Part shown: positions 48,781 to 58,480 of the stretch, one piece after another
Numbering within the stretch: position 1 is the first letter of the stretch
How the letters are laid out: the number at the start of each line of letters is the position of its first letter
From: an uncultured Spirochaetota bacterium
Lineage (GTDB): Bacteria; Spirochaetota; Spirochaetia; SZUA-6; Fen-1364
DNA length: 64,000 bases
Assembly (NCBI GenBank): GCA_963734545.1
Contig: CAVTHO010000004.1
Span: 640,001 to 704,000 of the forward strand
Direction: 5' to 3'
Program-made: the position numbers and the translations under genes
Notes under the pieces: generated by a model
Seen by the model: the letters and a program-made list of their open reading frames with translations, nothing else
Told to the model about the DNA's origin: nothing
The model's database searches: none

Positions 48781-49764
48781 GTCTTCACTCCGGGAAAGAT
48801 GCAGCGATAGACCCCGCCATACGGCGCGCCCTCGGCGGAGTCCTCGCGCACCAGTGGGGGAATGACCTCGCGGCAGCGCTCCACGACGAGCCGGGCAGCG
48901 CGGCGCAAAGGGGCAGCCCGGCTCGTGATGGGTCGGATCCGGCACGGACCCCGCGATCGTGCGGAGCTTCTCCCTGCTGTAGTGGCTTCCCCAGGACGGA
49001 AGGGCGTCCAGGAGGGCGCGCGTGTAGGGGCTGCGTGGATGGGAAAGGACGCGGCCCGCGGGCCCCGCCTCCAGCACGAGCCCGGCGTACATGACATGTA
49101 TCTGGTCCGCGATCTGTCCCACGAGGGCGAGGTTGTGCGAGATGAAGACCAGGGAGAGCCGGCGCCGGCTGCGCAGCTCGCTCAGCAGCCCTATTATCTC
49201 GGCCTGGATCGTGACGTCCAGCGCGGTGGTCGGCTCATCCGCGATGAGCAGCTCGGGATCGTTGGCAAGGGCCAGGGCGATCATGATCCTCTGGAGCATG
49301 CCGCCGGAGAACTGGTGCGGGAAGCCGCGGAGGCGCTCTTCCGCGCGAGGAATGTGGACCTCCGTGAGGAGACGCACGGCCCTGCGCTGGCACTCGTCCG
49401 CGCGGAGCTCAGGGTCCTTCACGCGCAGGGTTTCCTCGAATGTCTTTCCGATGCTGGAGATCGGGTCGAAGGAGCGGCTCGGCTCCTGGAAGATCATGGA
49501 CGCCACGGTGCCGCGGAAGGCGCGAAGCTGCTCGGGGCCCAGGCCTCGCAGCTCGGCGCCTTTCAGGAGGATGCTCCCGCCCACGCGCGCGTCCTTTCCC
49601 AGCAGCCCCAGCGCCGCGAGGGCGCTGACGCTCTTGCCGGACCCCGACTCGCCGACGATGCCCAGGCACTCCCCGGTGCGCAGGGTGAAGTCGACGCCGC
49701 GGACCGCCTGCAGCGCGCCCTCGCGCGAGGGGAAATCCACGGTCAGGCCACGCACGTCGAGCAC
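48777..49764 (-). CDS. Oligopeptide/dipeptide ABC ATPase (OppD/DppD); frameshift near 48891
   Basis: GESGSGKS, FSGGMLQR, ADEPTTALD, CPFAPRCP. An extra base artificially fuses it to OppF in the ORF track. Confidence 0.85.
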
Positions 49765-49776
49765 GGTCAGATCGCC

Positions 49777-49820
49777 CGGTCGCTCCTGGCGACATTCACG
49801 CGGTCACTCCTGGCGGCACT
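49777..49820 (-). repeat. 24-bp-period duplication with a GTCGC-CAGGA-GCGAC hairpin at the oppC/oppD junction
   Basis: Minus strand gtgccgccaggagtgaccgcgtga followed by atgtcgccaggagcgaccg. Confidence 0.7.
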
Positions 49821-50901
49821 ATCCACGGCGGGTCTCCCTCCAGTTCGGATCCACCATGTCCCTGAGGAGCTCTCCCAGGAAATTGAACGCCAGGGCAATG
49901 AGGATGAGGAAAACGCCCGGGGCGAAAAGCCAGGGGAACTGGACGAGATTCGTGATCGTGGTGGCGTCCCGGTTGATCATGCTGCCCCAGCTCACGGCGG
50001 GATCCACGATGCCCAGGCCCAGGTAGGAGAGCACCGTCTCCCCGAGGATGAAACCGGGAATGCCGAGGGTGACGCTGATGATGAGGATCGAGGCCATCTG
50101 CGGGATGATGTGGCGGAAAAGGATGGCGCGGGGCGGCATGGATTCCAGCTCCGCGTTGGCCACGAAATCGTTCCGCTTGATGGAGTGGACCATGCCGCGG
50201 ATCATGCGCGCGGTTCCCGGCCACCCGACGGTGGAGAGGATCACCGTGATGATCGCGTAGGACTGGCCCGAGTTCATGTTGGTGCTGAGGATGGAGCGAA
50301 GGAAGAGGATGAGGTAAAGACCGGGGATCAGGATGATGTACTCGGCAAGACGCATGATGATCCAGTCCCACAGCCCTCCAAGGTAGCCGGCCAGACCGCC
50401 CAGGAGGAGCGCGATGAGGAGAGAGACGGCCACGCCCACGAACCCGATGGTCAGGGAGATCCGCGAGCCGTAGAGGAGCCGGCTGAAGATGTCCCTGCCG
50501 AGATTGTCCGTGCCGAACAGGAACACCGGCTCCGCCCCGGCATCCGGATGCGTGTAGCGGTCCGTGCCGAAGAGGTGATGCCGGAAGGGAATGAGGCCCC
50601 AGAGCTTCGCTTCCGGTCCCGCGGCAAAGAGGTTCACCGGCGTGTAGCGGCCCTCGAGGCCCGCATACTCCCGGGTGAAGTCGTTGATCAGCACGAGGGT
50701 CTGCACCTGGGGTCGAAAGCCGAGCGCGCGGGAATACAGGAGAAGCGAGGGGGGCTGGTTGGAATGGCCTGCGAACTGGTCATTGGGACCGTAGGGCGCA
50801 AGAAACTCGCAGAAGATCATGCCGAAGTAGAGAACGGCCAGGACGATGAACGAGGCCAGGGCGATGGGCCTGCGGCGGAGAGCACCCCAGAAGCGCTTCA
50901 T
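49819..50901 (-). CDS. Oligopeptide ABC permease (OppC/DppC)
   Basis: FGTDNLGRDIFSRLLYGSRISL, RHIIP, ETVLSYLGLG, SWG, LRDMVDP. Confidence 0.9.
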   Translation of the reverse strand: MKRFWGALRRRPIALASFIVLAVLYFGMIFCEFLAPYGPNDQFAGHSNQPPSLLLYSRALGFRPQVQTLVLINDFTREYAGLEGRYTPVNLFAAGPEAKLWGLIPFRHHLFGTDRYTHPDAGAEPVFLFGTDNLGRDIFSRLLYGSRISLTIGFVGVAVSLLIALLLGGLAGYLGGLWDWIIMRLAEYIILIPGLYLILFLRSILSTNMNSGQSYAIITVILSTVGWPGTARMIRGMVHSIKRNDFVANAELESMPPRAILFRHIIPQMASILIISVTLGIPGFILGETVLSYLGLGIVDPAVSWGSMINRDATTITNLVQFPWLFAPGVFLILIALAFNFLGELLRDMVDPNWRETRRG

Positions 50902-51979
50902 GAGCGCGAGTACCTTATCCGCGGATCGACGAGCGCGAGGGCCACGTCGGAGACCAGCATGCCCACGAGGATGAGAAAGCTGATGAACATGATGTTGGTC
51001 ATCACGAGGTTGATGTCCTTCTGGATGACGGCCTCGTACATGAGCCGCCCGATCCCGGGGTAGGAGAAGATTATTTCCAGTATCAGCGACCCGGAAAAAG
51101 ATCGGCCAGGAGATTGGAGGAGCTGGTGATGAACGGGTTCATCGTGTTCCGAAAGGCATGGTGGAAATAGATCCGCCTCTCGGAAATCCCGCGTGAGCGC
51201 AGCGCCGTGATATAGGGCTGGCCGAGCTGATCGAGCATGGTGGCGCGGATCAGGCGGAGTGACCCGCCGATGCTGCCCAGGAAGGCTCCGATGAGCGGGA
51301 GAATGATGTGGTAGAGGTACGAGAAGGTGAACCCGACCGGATTGCCGTCATAGTTCTCCGACGGGTACGCGGTCACGGGGAAAATGCCCGTTGCCGAGGC
51401 GAACATCTGCAAAAGGATGAGCAGGAGGATGCCGGGGAATGCGTTGAGGAACAGGCTGACGAATGCAACCACCGGGTCGATTCGCGAACCGGCCTTGGAG
51501 GAGAAGTACAACCCCAGGGCGAACGAGATGATCGTCAGAAAGACGAGGGAGATGAGGTTGAGGATTATGGAGTTCAGCATCCGGGTGCCCACCAGGAAGA
51601 GGACGGGGGCGCGCGAGATGAGCGAGCGTCCCAGGTCGTGCTCCACGAAGATCTGGTAGAGCCAGTGCGTGTACTGCACGTAGAAGGGCCGATCCAGCCA
51701 CAGCCGGTGCTTGGCCTCCTGGATCTGCGCCTCCGTCAGCGTGTTCGTGTCGGACTGAAAGCCGCGCGTCTGAAGGATCTGGCTCCTGGCGTAATTATCG
51801 ACGATGTCCCCGGGGGAGAGGGACATGAGGCCGAACGCTCCCAGCCCGAGGAGAAAGAGCATGACGAGCATGGTGAGGAACCGGCCCGTGAGGAACGTGG
51901 CAAGGGGATGCCGCTGTCTGAGCCGTGCGAGGCTGAACGGCGCCCTCACGCGGGCGGTGCCGGCACCGGGCAGGCTCAT
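50898..51979 (-). CDS. Oligopeptide ABC permease (OppB/DppB); frameshift near 51095
   Basis: SPGD, DLGRS, RATMLDQL..YITALRSRG..HAFRN. The C-terminus 'EIIFSYPGIGRL...VDPRIRYS' lies in the shifted frame. Confidence 0.88.
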
Positions 51980-53811
51980 TTGGCCTTCAGGTACGCGTAG
52001 CCGAGGTCCGGCGCCTGGAGCGTGTCCACGCGAATGTTCGCCCACCTGTCCCTGTACGCGGAGAAGGCGACCTCGTAGACCATGTACATGACAGGGACCT
52101 GGTCCAGGATGATCCGCTGATACTGGTCCCAGATCTTCTTGGCCTTCACGGGATCCCGCTCTGAGAAGCCCTGCCAGTACAGCTCGTCCACCTTCGCTTC
52201 CCAGGCGGTTGACGGCTTGGGTTGGAGGGGGTTCCACAGGTGGAGATTTCCCGAGGAGATCCAGACATTGCTGCCCTGGACCGGGAAATAGTTCGATCCC
52301 AGGGCGATCATGATGGACTGCCAGTCGTACCCCTTGGTCAAGGTGTCCACGAGCTTCTGGAACTGGACCGGCTTCACATTGAGGGTAATGCCCACCTTCT
52401 TCAGCTCATCCGCGTAGATCGTGGCAATGTCGATTGTCAGGTTGGTGTCGATCTGCACGGTGAGGTCGTAGGTGATCAGGTTTCCCTCCGCATCCTGCAT
52501 GAGCCCCGCGGCGTTCGGCTTGATCCCGATCTCCGCCAGGAGCCGCTTCCCGCGCTCGGGATCGTAGGTGAACTGCTGCTTGATTGCCGGATCGTAGTAG
52601 GGGTTCGCCTTTGCAAAAAAGGAAAGGTCGGGCTCCGCAAGTCCCCGATAGACCTCCTTGACCACCCTGTCCCGGTTGAAGAAGCAGCTCATTGCCTGGC
52701 GGAATTTCGTGTTGGAAAACCATTTCACGTATATCGGCTTCAGGTTTCTCGGGTTCTGGTTCCACGAAATGAACCGCGCACCGAGGCTGGGGCCCCCGTA
52801 GTACACCGTGTAGTCCCGCGGGCTTTTGTTCACCATTTCCTGAAGATCTTCGGGCCGCAGGCTGTAGCCGTCGAGCTCCCCGGCGAGGAACTTCAGTCTC
52901 TCCGTCTCCTGGTTGGGGACTATCTTGGTCTCGAACTTCTCGATGTACGGCATCTTCTGGCCGTAGTCGTCCGTCTTGAAGTAGTTCGGGTTGCGGACCA
53001 GGGTGACCTGGATCCCCGGTCTGTTCGATTCGATGTAGTAGGGCCCCATGGAGGGGATGGTCCGGGGATCCGTATTGATGGTCCAGAGATTGAGCACCCC
53101 CTCCACCCCTTTCGCCTTCTTGACCGGCTCGAACACGTAGCGTGGTCCGAAGTTCATGTTGCTGAACAGCTCGGGCATGGCAACGACCCGGGGATAGTGC
53201 ATCACGAACCGCCGCTCGTCGAGCTTCTCAATGTCGATATGCTTCTTCGTGCCGTCCGGCATCTGCACGAACTGGCCCGAATAGCCGGAATGCTGCATGG
53301 CGGGATCCCCTTCGATCTGGTTGTACCAGAAGACCGCGTCATCCGAGGTCACCTTGACCCTGGTCCCGGGGTCCGCGAGGGTCGTCCAGTACATGTCGTC
53401 ACGCAGGGTGAACGTCACATTCATTGTGCCCGCCGCTTCATTCACGGAAACCTCGTAGGAGGCGGCAAGCGGCTTCCACTGCTTCTTGTACGCATCGTAG
53501 TCGAGCAGCGCGGTGGAGAGGGCGTCGGTGATCCCCGCGCTCTCCGAGTCATTGACGGCAACCACGGGGTTGAAGGTCTTCAGGTCATTGGTCATGTTGT
53601 TGATCCAACTCCCGCCGGCCGTGCCCTTTTCATATGGGGCCGCGCTCCCCGGCCGATACACGGTCTTTTCAAGCAGGTTGTCTTCATGCTGCTTCTTCAG
53701 GAAAGAAAGCTGATCCTCGGAGATCTGCTTGACCCCGGGGCCGCAGGCGGCCAGGGTCACCAGCGCCGCAGACAGAACGAGCAGCAGTCTATTCAACTCT
53801 CGTACCCCCAT
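51976..53811 (-). CDS. ABC family-5 substrate-binding lipoprotein (OppA/DppA-like)
   Basis: Lipobox LAAC; KTFNP, FTLR, GPY, RNPNY, FRQAM. Confidence 0.87.
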   Translation of the reverse strand: MGVRELNRLLLVLSAALVTLAACGPGVKQISEDQLSFLKKQHEDNLLEKTVYRPGSAAPYEKGTAGGSWINNMTNDLKTFNPVVAVNDSESAGITDALSTALLDYDAYKKQWKPLAASYEVSVNEAAGTMNVTFTLRDDMYWTTLADPGTRVKVTSDDAVFWYNQIEGDPAMQHSGYSGQFVQMPDGTKKHIDIEKLDERRFVMHYPRVVAMPELFSNMNFGPRYVFEPVKKAKGVEGVLNLWTINTDPRTIPSMGPYYIESNRPGIQVTLVRNPNYFKTDDYGQKMPYIEKFETKIVPNQETERLKFLAGELDGYSLRPEDLQEMVNKSPRDYTVYYGGPSLGARFISWNQNPRNLKPIYVKWFSNTKFRQAMSCFFNRDRVVKEVYRGLAEPDLSFFAKANPYYDPAIKQQFTYDPERGKRLLAEIGIKPNAAGLMQDAEGNLITYDLTVQIDTNLTIDIATIYADELKKVGITLNVKPVQFQKLVDTLTKGYDWQSIMIALGSNYFPVQGSNVWISSGNLHLWNPLQPKPSTAWEAKVDELYWQGFSERDPVKAKKIWDQYQRIILDQVPVMYMVYEVAFSAYRDRWANIRVDTLQAPDLGYAYLKAK

Positions 53812-53925
53812 CTATGAGCATTCTCACGCTAATATAAGATACGACAAGGACGGTAGCAATGGTCGGCCGTGCATGCCGCGGCCGTGGCCCGTGTGGTGCC
53901 GATATGGTACATTGAGGGCAAGGGA

Positions 53926-54786
53926 ATGGCACAAGTGGACGGGGAAAAGATCCTCATCATCAAGACCGGCAGCACGCTCTCCAGGCTGAAATCCCGCAAG
54001 GGCGATTTCGAGAACTGGATCATGGCCGGCATGGGCCTGAACGCGGACGAGGTGACGATTGTCGACGTCACTGCCGGAGAACCGCTGCCCGCCAACGGGT
54101 CGCACGCGGGGGTCGTGGTGACCGGGTCCCACAGCATGGTGACGGAGCACCCCCGCTGGAGCGAGCGCGCGGCGCAGTGGCTGGCCCTCGAGATCGCGGC
54201 GGAGACACCCACCCTGGGGATCTGCTACGGGCATCAACTCCTCGGCTACGCGCTGGGGGGAACCGTGGAGGAAAATCCGCTGGGCTGGGAGCTGGGCACC
54301 GTGGAGATAAAGCTGGATGAGCAGGCGGCCCGGGACGAGCTCCTCGGCGGTCTGGACTCGATGGGGCGAAATCCGCGGACCGCCGCGATGAAAGTCCACG
54401 CCAGCCACACGCAGGCGGTGACCCGCCTGCCTCCCGGCGCGGTCCGGCTGGCTTCCAGCTCCCGGGACGCAAACCACGCGTTCCGGGTGGGGAAAACCGC
54501 ATGGGGCGTGCAATTCCATCCCGAGTTCGACTGCGACATCGTCCAGACCTACATCCAGCACTGCCGCAGGAAATTGATCGCCGACGGTCAGGACCCGGAT
54601 CAGCTCATGCGTGATTCCGAGGACACCGAATGGGGCGCGAAAATCCTGCGGCGCTTTGCGAAGGTTGCTAAGGGCGCGGCGGCCCGGAATCCGCGGGGTA
54701 CCGCGATGCGGAATCCGCGGGGTACCGCGATGCGGAATCCGCGGGGTGCCGCGATGCAGAATCCGCGGGGCTCCCCGGCAGAGTGA
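53926..54786 (+). CDS. Class I glutamine amidotransferase (GMP synthase-like, stand-alone)
   Basis: VTGS, catalytic LGICYGHQLL, GVQFHPE; the C-terminus is extended by a tandem repeat. Confidence 0.88.
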   Translation: MAQVDGEKILIIKTGSTLSRLKSRKGDFENWIMAGMGLNADEVTIVDVTAGEPLPANGSHAGVVVTGSHSMVTEHPRWSERAAQWLALEIAAETPTLGICYGHQLLGYALGGTVEENPLGWELGTVEIKLDEQAARDELLGGLDSMGRNPRTAAMKVHASHTQAVTRLPPGAVRLASSSRDANHAFRVGKTAWGVQFHPEFDCDIVQTYIQHCRRKLIADGQDPDQLMRDSEDTEWGAKILRRFAKVAKGAAARNPRGTAMRNPRGTAMRNPRGAAMQNPRGSPAE

Positions 54787-56167
54787 TCACGAGCTCCGAT
54801 CCCTTCCCCGGCTGGCTGGCCGCGCGGATCGATCCTCCGTGCGCTTCGATGATCGCACGCGCAATCGAGAGCCCGATGCCGGACCCGCCGGTGGCGCGGC
54901 TGCGGGACGAATCGGCCCGGTAGAACCGCTCGAATATCCGGGGAAGGTCCTTCGGGTCGATCCCGATCCCCGTGTCCGTCACCCGGATCTCCGCCCCCTC
55001 CCGCATCGGTTCCACACGCACCTCCACGGCGCCTCCCGCCGGTGTGAACTTCAACGCGTTCGACAGGAGATTGATGACCGCCTGGCTCACCTTGTCAGGG
55101 TCCACGGCAAGGACAGGGCCCGCGGCGCCGGCGCCCGGCTGGAGGCGCAAGGCGACGCCCTTCTCCCGGAACTGCGACTCGTGATTGCGGACGATCCCGG
55201 CCGCGAGCGCCGTGATGTCCGTTCCGACGCGTTGGAGGCTCACCGCGTCGTTGTCATATCGGGCAAGCTTCTCCAGGTCCGCGACCAGCCGGTTGATCCG
55301 AAGTATCTCCTCGTGCAGGCCGGAAAGCCGGGCCTGGTCCGGCTCCCAAACCCCGTCGACCAGCGCCTCGAGATGGCTCTGGAGCGTGGTCAGGGGCGTA
55401 CGCAGCTCGTGGGCCACGTCCGCGGTGAGCCGCCGGCGGAGAGCTTCCTGTTCCCCGAGCGCGCGGGAAAGATCGTTCACCGCGGTGGAAATTCCGTCCA
55501 GCTCGCGCACACGCGTCTTCCGCGTGATGAACACGTCCCGGTTGCCGTCGGCAATTCTCCGCGTGGCAACGACCACCCGCGCGAGAGGCTCCGAGATGCG
55601 CCGGGCCATGAAGAGGCCGATGCCCGCGGCGCATGCCAGCGCGGCGAGCGTGATCAGGAGAAGCAGGCGGTTGAGCGAGTTGATGAAGGAAAGGTTCGCA
55701 TCACTGAGGAAGAACGGTCCGTAGTACCCGATGATCACCGAGCCCTGCTCCTTGAAGTCCGCCCGGACGGGGTAGAGGGTCTCCGTGTAGGCGCCGTGCC
55801 AGTTCCGATAACGGCTTGCCATGTTCTGCGCCATGTGGGTGATCATCTGCACGCAGAGGCCATTGTTGTGCACCGTGGCATCCCAGACGGTCCGGCCCCC
55901 GAGGTTCGTGACCTTGACGATCATCCCCTGCTCGAGGGCGCCCATACCGATGGCCTGGATTGCGGACTCATCCCATCGATTGTCCGGCCCGACCTGGGCG
56001 CCGATCAGGGCAACGACCTGCCGCGCGTTGTTCTCCAGGCCTTCCGTCACGTACCGGCGGAAGCTGCCTTCGAGAACGCCGTTGGCCAGCGCGCTTACCA
56101 TGACCACGCAGAGAAGAGCCACCAGCACATAGGAAAGAGTCAGGCGGGTCCTCAGGCTCCAGGTCAC
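54668..56167 (-). CDS. HAMP-domain sensor histidine kinase (BaeS-like)
   Basis: 2 TM helices, HAMP, ADVAHELRTPL, NLLSNALKF, DTGIGI, FERFYR, GSGIGL. Confidence 0.92.
   Translation of the reverse strand: MTWSLRTRLTLSYVLVALLCVVMVSALANGVLEGSFRRYVTEGLENNARQVVALIGAQVGPDNRWDESAIQAIGMGALEQGMIVKVTNLGGRTVWDATVHNNGLCVQMITHMAQNMASRYRNWHGAYTETLYPVRADFKEQGSVIIGYYGPFFLSDANLSFINSLNRLLLLITLAALACAAGIGLFMARRISEPLARVVVATRRIADGNRDVFITRKTRVRELDGISTAVNDLSRALGEQEALRRRLTADVAHELRTPLTTLQSHLEALVDGVWEPDQARLSGLHEEILRINRLVADLEKLARYDNDAVSLQRVGTDITALAAGIVRNHESQFREKGVALRLQPGAGAAGPVLAVDPDKVSQAVINLLSNALKFTPAGGAVEVRVEPMREGAEIRVTDTGIGIDPKDLPRIFERFYRADSSRSRATGGSGIGLSIARAIIEAHGGSIRAASQPGKGSELVITLPGSPADSASRHPADSASRYPADSASRYPADSGPPRP
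54685..54770. repeat. 24-bp tandem repeat (3.5 copies) inside the convergent overlap of two genes
   Basis: cggaatccgcggggt(a/g)ccgcgatg at 54685, 54709 and 54733, with a partial copy at 54757. Confidence 0.92.
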
Positions 56168-56874
56168 GACCGCGCCTCCGCGGCGAAGCGGTATCCGATC
56201 CCGTGAACGGTGAGGATGTAGCGCGGCCGCCGCTGGTCCGTCTCGATCTTTTTTCGGATGTTCTTCACATGGGCGTCGATGGTCCTGTCGAATCCCGAGT
56301 AGTCGTCCCCCAGGGCGTGGTTGATGAGCTCTTCCCGGGAGAAGACTCGGCCGGGGTTTGCCGCCAGGACGCGGAGCAGCCGGTACTCCCGGGGGGTCAT
56401 GCTCACCGCCGCGCCTCCCTTGCGCACGTCATCCGTGCCCGTGTCGATCACCAGGTCGTCTCCCCCGAACCTCAGCACGCGCGCCAGGGGAGAGGACGCG
56501 CCTTCGGCGCGGCGCAGCACCGCCTGCACCCGGGCCATGAGCTGGCGCGGGCTGAAAGGCTTGGTGACGTAGTCGTCCGCCCCGAGGTCGAGCCCCCTCA
56601 CCGCGTCTCCATCCTCGACCTTCGCGGTGAGCATGATGATGGGCACACGGGAACGGGCGCGCAGCCGGCGGCAGACCTCCTCACCGGAGAGATCGGGCAG
56701 CATGAGGTCCAGGATGACGAGACAGGGTCGCGTCTTCTCGAAGAGCTGAAGGGCCTGGGTGCCGGTCAGGGCGCTCACGGGCTCGAAGCCTGCCTTGAGC
56801 AGGTACGAGCCTACCACCTCCGCGATCTTCGGCTCGTCGTCGACCACCAGCACCCGCTGCGGCTGACGGGCCAT
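56164..56874 (-). CDS. OmpR/PhoB-family response regulator
   Basis: VVDDE, LDLMLP, GADDYVTKPF, RTIDAHVKNIRKK, TVHGIGY. Confidence 0.94.
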   Translation of the reverse strand: MARQPQRVLVVDDEPKIAEVVGSYLLKAGFEPVSALTGTQALQLFEKTRPCLVILDLMLPDLSGEEVCRRLRARSRVPIIMLTAKVEDGDAVRGLDLGADDYVTKPFSPRQLMARVQAVLRRAEGASSPLARVLRFGGDDLVIDTGTDDVRKGGAAVSMTPREYRLLRVLAANPGRVFSREELINHALGDDYSGFDRTIDAHVKNIRKKIETDQRRPRYILTVHGIGYRFAAEARS

Positions 56875-56880
56875 GTCACT

Positions 56881-57111
56881 TTACGGAGTAGCCCCGGTCT
56901 TCGCTACGGAGTAGCCCTGATCCTCGATTGCCGTTTTTATCATGGACAGGGTCGTGACGTCTGGGTCGAAATCCACCGTCGCCAGGTTCTTCTCCAGGCT
57001 GACCTCGACCTTCTCCACGCCGCTGAGCGCTCCCACCGCGCTTTTTACCGCATGCACGCAATGCTGGCACGACATTCCTTCCACATTCAGGTCCATGGTT
57101 TGCTTTGCCAC
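56881..57111 (-). CDS. copZ: Copper chaperone (HMA domain)
   Basis: VEGMSCQHC...IEDQGY; GTG start with an AGGAG SD. Confidence 0.9.
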   Translation of the reverse strand: MAKQTMDLNVEGMSCQHCVHAVKSAVGALSGVEKVEVSLEKNLATVDFDPDVTTLSMIKTAIEDQGYSVAKTGATP

Positions 57112-57177
57112 GTTGAATCTCCTCTCCCTCTAATATGCTCCGGACGGCCGGGCCCGTCCATGACGAGGGTAGGAAAT

Positions 57178-57199
57178 GAATGTGAAGGAGATGTGAAGA
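57178..57199 (-). promoter_or_regulatory. Candidate OmpR-type direct-repeat operator upstream of copZ
   Basis: Minus strand TTCACAT-N4-TTCACAT (11-bp period). Confidence 0.55.
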
Positions 57200-57201
57200 A
57201 G

Positions 57202-57288
57202 GGCGCCAGGGCGCAAACACATAGGCGCCAGGGCGCAAACACATAGGCGCCAGGGCGCAAACACATGGGCGCCTGGACGCGCAAACGC
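57202..57288. repeat. 22-bp tandem repeat (3 copies plus 1 degenerate)
   Basis: ggcgccagggcgcaaacacata at 57202, 57224 and 57246; degenerate copy at 57268. Confidence 0.92.
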
Positions 57289-57312
57289 GCGGCGCATTCA
57301 GGCGTCGGTGCC

Positions 57313-57418
57313 GCGGCCACCGTATCTTGCACGGTACTCCGTGCAGTTAGGTGGCATTTGGGCGGCCACCGTATCTTGCACGGTAGTCCGTGCAGTTAGG
57401 TGGCATTTGGGCGGCCAC
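57313..57418. repeat. 49-bp tandem duplication with a TACT/TAGT-loop hairpin, overlapping the femX stop
   Basis: gcggccaccgtatcttgcacggta(c/g)tccgtgcagttaggtggcatttgg, two copies. Confidence 0.9.
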
Positions 57419-58480
57419 GTCTCCTGAGTCGTTTCTTGAGATTTCTATAATAGAACAGACGCGCCGCCTCGGCCGCGCGATACAAAGAATAGAGCACGGG
57501 ACGAATGGGCACGTCCCACGTGCCCCATCGCTCGACAAGGCAGTCGGAGAATCCGGTCTTGAACTGGTACAAGCCGTACATGGGGTGATCAGGGTCCGGT
57601 TGAGGAGGGACTCCATACAGATCGTAACTGGTGCACCCCGCCTCCCGCGCCATGCGGATTGCCTCCCACTGCAGCGCATAGGTGGGCATGAGGTTCCGTT
57701 TCTCCCCTGATGAGGCGCCATAGAGGTAGGCGGCGCGGCTCTTCCAGAACGCCACGATGTTGCCGGCGAGCAACTCCCCGTCGTGCCGCGCAAGAAGGAG
57801 CTTCACGGTCGGTTTCACGCCCGGGTAGCTCTGCGACGCCTGGAACAGGCCCTGGTAGTAGGCGCGCGAGTGGATGGCTATCCTGTCCCGGCTGCCCGTC
57901 TCCTGGTACAGGGCATACCATCGATCCAGGTCGTCCGGGCCTCCCTCGGAAACACTCACCCCTTTCTTGCCGGAGAGCCTCACGTTGTATCGGGTCTTGG
58001 GTTTCATGGACGCGAGGACCTGCTCCAGGGGCGGCGTGATGTCCAAGATGACGGTGTCCGGCGGCTGCATGTCTCCGGCGGCTTTCACCGCGCGCGGGCG
58101 GACGGATGCGAGTGGCGCTCCACCGGTCCTGCGCCAGGGCAGGTCGAATCGAAGGAAAAGCGTCGAGCGCGGCAGGTGGCTGCGCACGGCGCGCGCGAGC
58201 GCGGAAAGAAGCTCCCCGCGGCCTTCGACAGGATCCAGGACCGGCCCGAACGGCACATAGGCGAGGGACAGGAACCGTGCCAGGCGCCGGCTGAGAACCA
58301 GCATGCCGAATGTCGCGCCGGCCTCGAGAGTCACGCTGAACGCCTGCGCTTCCCAACCATGGGCCTGTTTGAATTGCCCCCAGAAGCCGGACTGGAGCAT
58401 CTCGTCATTATCGTCGAGGAATGAGAGCGGAACCGGGCGGATGGAAACCTGCTGTCGCTCCTGGCGACGTTTTTCGATTA
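57396..58480 (-). CDS. femX: FemABX-family peptidoglycan interpeptide aminoacyltransferase (start uncertain)
   Basis: LQSGFWGQFK..GW, YVPFGP, KTRYNVR, YLYGAS, YDLYG, GLYQFKTGF. Confidence 0.85.

Noticed and set aside
47788-49764. Natural OppD-OppF fusion (658-aa ORF)
   Set aside because: Removing one base near 48891 restores a normal OppD C-terminus whose stop overlaps the OppF ATG.
57202-57288. Plasmid replication origin iterons
   Set aside because: No rep gene, DnaA boxes or AT-rich unwinding region, and the context is core chromosome.
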